Part shown: positions 54,860-64,000 of the stretch, in pieces | Layout of the letters: each line of letters starts with the position of its first letter | How positions within the stretch are numbered: the first letter of the stretch is position 1 | Assembly: GCA_048013815.1 (NCBI GenBank) | Contig: CM106586.1 | Coordinates: 1,054,001 to 1,118,000 of the forward strand | Source: Setoptus koraiensis | Lineage: Eukaryota; Animalia; Arthropoda | Direction: 5' to 3' | DNA length: 64,000 nucleotides | Made by a program: the position numbers and the translations under genes | The notes under the pieces: generated by a model | Databases searched by the model: none | Seen by the model: only the letters and a program-made list of their open reading frames with translations | What the model was told of the DNA's origin: nothing

Positions 54860-56678
54860 CTTGTAGAAACTTAGAAAATATTTTATACTTTAAATTTTAA
54901 CCAGCACTCTACTTATTTAGTCTCTAATTTTGTTTCTCAATGTTACTCAATCAATCTAATGTGAGCTCTAATCGCGCTAATTAACATCAATCGTAACGTG
55001 TTCAGATTTTTACTATGGATCTACATGGTTGCATTCGCAGAGTATTTATATTTATGTAACGAGCGAGTTGACTTATTATCTATTTATTATTGGCAGAACG
55101 ATACAGATCTGGTCTTATCTGATCTGATCAGTAGTGGTTGTAATCGTTTCAATTACAATTGTGAGAAGGCTTGATGATTGTGTGTGCTTATTCCTAAAAT
55201 CGCATTGCTATCATATTAGGTTGATGATGAAAATTGGTGGCAACAGCCATCATCATTGTTACCATCAGATAATAAGTGAAACTGTTGTTGTTTTTGTTTA
55301 TTATTTTATTTATTAAAAGTGAGTCTGATAACAACAAAACGTCTAGGATAACGTCATTCAAATGTGTCGCGTTGTTGTAAATATACCTCCACAGTTGTAC
55401 AAGTGGGAACTACCGACATCACACATACATAGCTAACAACAAAAACAAACCAAGATTGTTAACTGAGCCAGTGATTATGATTTTGATGATGGTTAGTGTC
55501 ATCCGATGTGCGTGACAATACATTGGCAATTTTCAATCAACAAACAAGACAGCTGCAACAACTATAAGTTAAAGATCCCAACATCTGATTCCAAATGTTA
55601 CTATGTACACTCTGCCATAAGTCAAACCACTAATCAGCAATAGGCTGAACCGAATCTAGATCAGCCAACAACAACATGTACCGCTGTTGCTGTTGTAACT
55701 TTTACTAATGACACCTCTACCCTCAATTGATTGTTACAGAGCTGTATCAACAGTCATTCCAAATGGTCTGGCCGAAATTAGTCATAGATAGTTACCATTA
55801 CGATTTGTTTGCCTCATTCGTTCACGATCAGTGATATTTTTCGTTAGTGATTGTAATTGTCTAGGTAAACGCACATTCTTGCTATTATCTTGCCATCATA
55901 CATGTGACTAGTAACTATGGTAGCGGCCATTGTCCGGATTGATAGTTTAGTTAGTAATGTTAATCACTTTGTTTGCTGTTGGCATGGATGCTGTCATTGA
56001 ATGGAGAGAGCAGAAATTTTCCTATCCACAGAAAATTTGACAGATCAGGTATCAGTGATCGGTAATCATCCGACCTTCAAGTTCAATGACGCAGCATTAC
56101 TCTTCATAAAGCTAAATATATCCTGTTGACCGTTATACATGTGACATTTGAAAGCTATAGCGACGCTTGTGCCACGGTTCATGCCGTGCCAAGACCTCAC
56201 TAATACATGTATGTTCTTTTTCTTTTACCTTACTGACAACTGACGGAAGACAAAGCCTTCCAGTTGGAGTAGAGTAATTTTCTCAATGATTCTAACGAAG
56301 TTTCAAAAGAAACAGACAAAAATGAATTTCCAATAGACTCCATCAAGTAGGTAAAAGTCGAAAAAAAAAATGATTAACTGTTAGTGGTTCAGTTAGACAT
56401 CGTGTTTGTTTTTGGTCATTAGTACTTGTTTATTGGTCAATTCAATTGATCACTATCTATTGGATAGCATTAATAAATACGTTTCACTTTCAGTCTTCAC
56501 TATACCGAAGAGAACATGACCATTTCGCGAAATTAATTAAACGTAAAATATAGTTATATGGTCGAATGGTGAGATTTGTTTGTTTTGTTGTTGCCTCCTG
56601 TGAGGCCTATATTCTTTCAATTGAAGATGTTGCTGGATCCAACAAGGTAATAACGTGCTGTTGGTGTTACTGTTACCG

Positions 56679-57697
56679 TTAGTGCTGCTGATGGTAGATA
56701 TTAGTTTGTTCTTGACATTTTGAATTCAGCGAAGATACAACGGCAGTCTTGATACGCTTCCTATCTATGTAAGCTGTTGAGCTAACGTTGCTTATATCCA
56801 AAGATTCGACAATAAAACTGGCACAGGTCTCACTGGTACCACCGCTGCCGCCACTGGCGCTGTTCATAACACCATTTTGAGAGCATCTTCTACCTGTTGG
56901 TACTGTCACCTGACTCTGTTTCTGATGTTGCTGTAGGGCCTGTTGATGTTTGTTGTTGCTGTCATTTAAAGGGTTGGCACCAAAATGATTACTCTGGCAG
57001 GTGGCGTACACCAAACCATTGTCCTCAACGCTAGATATAGAGGATAGCGATTGTGACTTGGATGTCTTGCTAGAAGAAGGACCTGGCTTAGAATTATCAG
57101 CGCTAGAGCCAGCTTGTTGCCTAGATTGCCGATAATGAACATATTGCCTATATCTCCTGTAGTAGGCCTGGATAATTGTGGCCGCTTGCATCTCCTTCTC
57201 GCGATAGGACGCATGAGGTGCATGATGAAGATGCCCAAGATTAAGGAGTCGGTGATGCAAATGTCTATGATGAGGCTGAGTTTCTTTGTGATTGCTCACT
57301 GATATATCAGATGCTTGCCTCTTTCTACCCTTGTAAATGCGGTAAGCTTTTTGGATCACTTTGGCAGCCTCATAAAGTTCTTGTTGCTCATAATCGGACA
57401 GTGTCAAACAAGAGAAACTCTCCTCAGCCTTGGCGGATGCCTGGAAATATTCGCAAAAGTCTGCAGATGTCGGTGTACCTGACGATTGGTGACCGCATGA
57501 GCAAGGCGAATCAATTGGAGCAACGCTCATTGGCGAATGCAAGCTCGAAGATGGGCTAGATGACAATATTGAACCTAAGCCACTACTACTGGTTTCAGTT
57601 TGCGAATCATGACTTATATTCTGAGCTCCACCATGTGTGTGAGATAATAGCATTATTTGAGACTTGGCATTGGAACAGCTTGGCATCATGTTTTGCG

Positions 57698-57752
<55 letters not shown>

Positions 57753-60700
57753 TGGCTGGTGATTATATTGATGATTGCGATAAATTTGTGAATCGGTTAT
57801 AATACTTAACGGGTGTTGAATCGATACATTCTTTGAGGAATGCGCATTAGATCCTTTGAAATCATTATTATTGTCTGAGATCGTGATTGGTATTGTAGAA
57901 ACAAGTGTAGAATTAAATGCATTCTCAAAAGTTTGTTGCTGCTGATTCTGGCCAAAAAAGTTACTACTTATGTTTGCATTATTAATAACATTAGCCTGAG
58001 CGGTGTTGGGATAATCTCGATTGGTCAAGGAGAGTGAAGTGCCCAATCTACTGAGAGAGTAGTGATAATTACTTCCACCCGATTCATTTCCAGCATAACT
58101 AGGCGAGAAGCTATCAAAACTTGATGTCAATCTAGGCGAAATTAAAGTGTTAGGTCGCATCGGAAGTCTACAAATATTATCGGTGTATAGATTAGTGGTG
58201 GTAGTTGTAGTTGCAACAAAGCATTCATTTGATTTAGCTGAAATAGTCGATTGATTGACATCCGATTGATGGTTTTTTGGGTTTAGATTCTTTTTATGCA
58301 TTGCAGAGATAATATTTTCGGCCAAAGTCAAAACCTTAGTTTCCGCTGGTGTGACAGAAGATGGAGAGGTGGCGCAACTCAACGAACCAGACTTGATCGA
58401 GTTTGGCGATAGTTGTTGTCTATATTGCTGATAAGATGAGACAATCGATTGATTGCCGTTGATCTGGTTACGGTTTCCCATGCTGTTGGAAGGACGAGAA
58501 GCGCAAAGAGGCTTGTATTCAAATATAACTTGGTCTGAAATAATGCAACCGTTTAATAGAACTCTCATACCAACGAAACCAACTTCGTGCAATGGGGCGT
58601 AGCATCTTAGAACATTTTCCTGGATTTGAGTTGCAGGCACACTGATATCGTCGAACATAACAGTAAAAGTATTGGCTGGTTTGCTAGTAAAGGAATCCCT
58701 AGCTACATTCTCAATATTATTAGTTCCGTTTGAGGAGACTTCAATATTGTGAACCGCATTAATGGATTTTGACAACTCCTGGTGATAGTAATTTTGTCTG
58801 TAATACTGCCCAACGCTCCTAGATGACTTCTGGCGTTCTAATTTTATAGACTCCCATTTTCCTATAATCAGTACTTTAGATCCACCATTAGTATTGGCCC
58901 AGTTTGGTACATAGTCCAATATTGGTAAAACATCGTTGGTACCACTAGGTGCACTACAACTTCGTGAGAAACTATTGCGAACGCCCAGAGCTTGATTGAA
59001 ACTAGATAATTTCAGATCATTGTCAGCAAAACTAGCGTTTTGGTTCATGTCCTCAGTTAGGGAAACATTTTTCTTGCATTGCATTGAAGACAAGGCATTA
59101 TCATAAGTAACAACCTCATTTAACGCAGGCGGTTTGTTTGTTTCCGGGGTGCAAGAATCTTCAATTTTCAGCACTATCTTATTACTGGACTTAACATCAT
59201 TATTGTCACTATTGGTTGATTGAAATAAATTTGAGTCCACCTCGATATTGTTCCAATCTGTGTCAGTAGATGAAGCCTTGGTTAGAGTAGATTGTTGATG
59301 CATCATTCCTGAATTTGGTGAATCCACTTCAAAGGAATGTGGTCTGGTTGGTTTATTGTTAGATTGGGCAGTTAAGATACCATTTGTTGTAGCGGCTTGA
59401 TTCAGTTGGTCCAAATGAAATTGATCAGATTGGTTGGCAGCAGATACAAAATCACAATCAGTAATAGTGCCACTATTCACTGAGGTAAGCTCTAGTATGA
59501 GATCCTTTAAATCATCGTTCGTTGTGCTGGGCTCATTACTAAGAGTGGAACCTGTCAAGGTAGGAAGCCCAAAATTGGCTAGTTGATCCAAGAATTCCTC
59601 ATCGTGAGCAACTAACAAATCGCAAGCCGATAATTCTATGTGGTTCCTGTTATGATTGATCGCAATTTGATTTCGTTGACGCTGCTGGGCATCGTGATCT
59701 TCCCGAGAGGAGCTGATGAGGTCTTTTTGCTGTCCCTGGTGGAGCTCATCTAATGGTAGAGCAGTAAGAGTATCCATGCCGCCCCGCATCTTGCTAAAGA
59801 TGCATGCTACAGGCGAACAATTACTAGCAATTCTGGATGATATTTCATCTGGCACAAATTGCTCTAAATTATCAAATTTACTTTTGGGTTGCTCACATTG
59901 TGTCTCAGTATTAGAGAGTTCTACTAAATCTTTGGTTTCTGCAAGACCACCTCCAATATCGTTCTGTACTATGTTATTTTCATCATTAATGTCTGCACAC
60001 TCGTTGTCTTGGTTATTTTGATTGGAATTGATATGTTTGTTGTTGGAAGTTTGATTGAAGTCTATGTTAAGGAGCTTGCTCAAGGAAATTATTTGCTGAT
60101 CTTGAACACAATTACTATTCGTAAAATTAGAACTTTCAGCAGAATCAAAATGGTTTCCATTATCGTTGCCGGATTCATACTTGAAACTGGATGACAGGCT
60201 TTGAGCAGGTTTGCAAAGTAGGTCTGCAATATTGTTGTTGCTTTGTTGACTAGATTGTTCATCAAATAACACTTCTGTGTTCACATCCATATTCTGATTG
60301 GCACTTGTTGGCTTATTGTCATTGCTATAGTGTTTGTTTGTATAACATTTGTCCGAATCTATTTCGTCTTGATCAATGAGACCAGGGACCTGACTTTCGA
60401 AGTTAGTAATAAGCTGTTCGGAAATGTTGGCATTTGTTGCTTGATTTGAAGAGGATGTATCAGTAAGCATCTTATATGCTTCTTCAACTCCGCCAAACAT
60501 TGAACCAATTTCTGCCATAATTTCTTGATCCGACCATTGACGTTTTGTGTCTGCCACTATTAGTCCGGGATTGAATGTTTGCATTTTGATCTGGTCATTA
60601 GAAGGATTGTTGAGATAATGAACCAAAACAATGTCAGGATTTTGTAATAACCAATAACAGCGTCGATGAAAAGTTGGAAGGATGGCGGAATGTACATAGC

Positions 60701-61196
60701 AACCGTAGATACATTCGATGCCTTGCACTTTAAGTTTCATGTGATCCTCTCTTGTAGTCTTGCCATTCTTTCTTTTTTTCCAACAGTATCCATCCTGTCT
60801 ATAGCGAACTTGCTTTCTACTATACAAAATTATGGCGCCACTTTTTGGTCTGGGAAGTTTACATTTATGTATATGTGAGTATAGAGAAATGGAAAGTTGG
60901 TTATTGATAGTTTAAAGCTAAAGTAAAATATGATGATTTCGGTCACATGGTGATGGTGAAAATCTCAACGAGTTCAAAGCCACGAAATCTCATCGAGTAG
61001 AATCCTACCTTATTTGCACTTCATTTGTTAACCAATCACAGTGTGAATCTATTTTCATCAATATGGAGGCTATTTCCTCATTTGTGTGCCATCTATTTCG
61101 TGAGTTAGCGAAATTGGTGACATCCGGTAATCCCTTTAAGCTAATAGTACCTTCGTGAGTTTCGATTGACTCTATGATGTCATTATCACAATTCAT
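56679..61196 (-). CDS. Camta: Calmodulin-binding transcription activator (CG-1, TIG, IQ motifs); exons 61196-61009 and 60849-56679; further upstream exons possible
   Basis: RNRWHTNEEIASIL..QIR|PKSGAIILYSRKQVRYRQDGYCWKKRKNGKTTREDHMKLKVQG..HRRCYWLLQNPDIVLVHYLN (CG-1), DYVPNW..GGSKVLI..VLRCYAP..VIFEYK (TIG), AAKVIQKAYRIYKGR and AATIIQAYYRRYRQY (IQ). The 5' end is uncertain. Confidence 0.93.
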
Positions 61197-62904
61197 CCTT
61201 ATGCCTTCCTCAAACTCTTCTTGCAATATAACAACAATGTATGAGAGTCAGTCTTTGCATCTGGCAATTATAGACTTCCTTTGCTGGTTTTGGTCTATTG
61301 TTTGCCCAACTGTCCTATATTTGCCAAGCTTGTGTGTATGTGTATCGAGTTGTCTAGTTGACTGATTGAATGATCCTAATCTACATGGTCTATTTCGACC
61401 TAGCACGTGTGGTGGTCAGACACATGGATCACAACCATTTGAATGGCTTTTGTAAATCCATAGAATTATCTAATAATATGTTTAACAGGCGTGAAGTTGA
61501 CATTGTTGTTAACAAATGGAACATATTTAAAGATAGAACATAACGAGCTTTGTTTATTCTAAACATCCTGTTAACTGATATATTGTATAGGCATTTATGT
61601 TGCGCGTATATTTATTTCCCATCTATGTTTTCACTGATAATAAAATGTGAGCTTAAGATTTCCACAGATTGGAGAGCAATCATTAGAGTAGGGTCATAGA
61701 TCATTCGAGTGTTGCTGTTCATAATGTTACCGCATGATACGTATTGCCAATTTAGTACTGACTAATATTGTTCTGATAATATTGGTAGTATTACTCTATA
61801 GCAACAATAGTAATTGGTTGATTGATTTAAACAATATGAACATAATGGGTGCACGAGCACTGCTCATTCAATTGATGAGATCTTGAGACTTCAATCTTTG
61901 GATATTGATGGAATAACCAGCCAATATTCATTAATGTTGTTGTTATTATTGTGATTAGTATTATTAGTAATAATGGTTATAAATAGACGACAACTAAGAC
62001 ATTGGTGCTGTTGCTGCCAAATCAAGTCAAATAAAATTATATCATCGTATTATAGCCAATATTATATTATTTTCTAGACAAGATATGCGAGTTGTTTCTT
62101 CTTTGTGCTACTTCTATATAGATGAGAGTATGTTTTTTCTCCAATCTACCATCATATTCTATATACTGTGTCTATTTGTGTAGGCACAACACAATGAGCT
62201 ATTGAGCAGTATTAGTATTTTAGCAGCAATATAAACATATATATGCATAAAGAAGTGTAGACAAGATGGCTTGTGTGATTCCTAGGGTTATTATTAATGA
62301 TAATAGTTGTATAGTAGACGTGTGTGTCTATGTGTGTATGCTTGTCTGTTTGTGTCCATTTGTTGTGTATTTAGCCTTGTGTGATGGAAATTATATGATT
62401 ATATATATATAATTGTTAATGCATCACAGTGCAACTAGAATAGTTAGATGGTTAAATGGAGATATATGCAGCATGTGTAAAGCATCATCATCATATCATA
62501 TGTATAATGATACATAAACAACAATATTCAAGATGAAATACAGTATAGTATGGGAATGAGCCTATATGTTTGTGTCTGTGTGATACAAATAGTCGATTGT
62601 ACAAGAAGGATAAATGCTATATGGAGGCATCAGACAGATTTGGTTGCTCTCAATGTAGCCTAGGTCTTTGCTGCTGCTGTCGACGTTGTTGTTGTTGTCG
62701 TTGCTGCGTATATAAAGCATGTAAAACTGTTATTGTCTTTGTTTTGGTCTATAGCATTCTTTTATCCTCCTATGAACGTGATATATGCTAGTATATAATA
62801 TATAATGTCTATGTAGCATGTAGCTAGTTGTGTCAGTAGAACGTCTAGCTTGAACGCGCTCTCTTTACGGTCGATAGTGTGTCAAGAACTATAGCTGTGA
62901 GTGT

Positions 62905-62948
62905 GTGTGAGCTGGTGTGTGTGTTTGTGTGTGTGTGTGTGTGTGTGT
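62905..62948. repeat. Imperfect (TG)n microsatellite upstream of CAMTA
   Basis: Directly visible. Confidence 0.85.
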
Positions 62949-64000
62949 AATTTGAGGGCCGGCGCTTGTGATAAATCTTCAGTTATATTATTATTATATA
63001 TATTCTTCGTTTTGAGCCTGTTTGTTGTTGTATGATAATACACCTCACATGTGTATAGATAGATATATTTATGTATATTTTCACCAGCTTACAAGCTCAT
63101 TGGTTGTAGTATGGCTAGGTGGTCAGAGGGGTTTGTTATTTGTCCAAGCGAGTGAAATGGCTAGGCACAACACTAGCACTAGTGGAATAAGAGCAAGGAG
63201 AGAGTGATTGTAGAGAAAAAGAAAAAAAGTATAGATGGCACACGCATGTTCACCATTGCCCGTGCTGCCCGCCCACTCACGCTCGGTACGGTGCCCGTGC
63301 GCATCGAAGCGAACTGGAACCCCCAGCTCCAATTAAAACAGCACCATTGAGACTTGGTCAGATTGTCCGGCTCGATAAAAACTCAAGTTGTAGCGCCTTA
63401 TCAGCGTCAAAAATGATTTGTGGGCCAGATTGAGAGAGCCGGGCTCAACGGGCGTACCCAACTCATCAAGACAGGCCGGTGGCTACGGTAGTGGTGTGTT
63501 GGGCAGCGCTTCGGAATAACGGGATGCCCTGTGTTGGCTATCGGACTATGTAAACCCGCATAAAACCTCACGAATGTGAAGCGATGATGTTCTGGATAAT
63601 CCAGATATATTTTTTTGTTTCTCCCCGAAAAAAACCTTCAACTGTCCTGCAGATTCTTGTAACATTATTACATTTGTACATGTTCTACAACGTATTATGT
63701 TTCGAGACCGCTTGCGGAATGGGCGTGACACAGTGCGGTTAATGGGTGGGTGTGCAGATTTAGGCAACACAGGTGTTGCTGAATGTGTGCGAGCGGGCTT
63801 CAATCGTAGAACAGATTACGAAGCGAAAAAAATAATAATAAATAGTTACAGCAATTCCAATGGTGCAATTTCGATTGTAACTGTGTCAGTGGTAGACGTC
63901 TCTGTGCACTCTAAGGACCCTGTGCCTACTCTGTGCTTATCTGTGCAGAGCATAAAAGCCGTATAGCAGCAAGGCTTCAGTACTCACTTCATCAATTTCA

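Noticed and set aside
63546-64000. ORFs at the right edge and a possible minus-strand donor near 63989
   Set aside because: No recognisable product; any gene would lie mostly outside the window, so it cannot be supported.

Overview
Eukaryotic (arthropod, most likely acariform-mite-like; organism inferred from gene content and architecture, not verified) genomic window, AT-rich, gene-dense and intron-poor. Bases 1-5.6 kb are a transposon island: the end of a hairpin-rich MITE-like element, a Ty3/Gypsy pol remnant, a higher-order satellite, and a 2450-bp pogo/Tigger element with perfect 24-bp TIRs, TA flanks, a dead transposase and a second copy of the MITE family nested inside. The rest holds host genes: a 1373-aa low-complexity orphan; a three-exon RYamide/luqin neuropeptide precursor absent from the ORF track; Nup214; a minimal RPC4-like ORF overlapping MTA1 antisense; Striatin; TMX3; Arp3; an aminopeptidase P; U2SURP/SR140; a large Maf; glycine dehydrogenase; and CAMTA. 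Splice models were checked by hand for reading-frame consistency. All close except U2SURP, which is 1 nt out of phase. The most notable observations are Nup214 with its FG domain replaced by a poly-Q domain, CAMTA without ankyrin repeats, the hidden RYamide gene, a strand-biased GNA-triloop hairpin array in the MITE family and a dual-coding antisense overlap. No rRNA, tRNA or CRISPR array was recognised. Protein identities come from motif recognition, not database searches.
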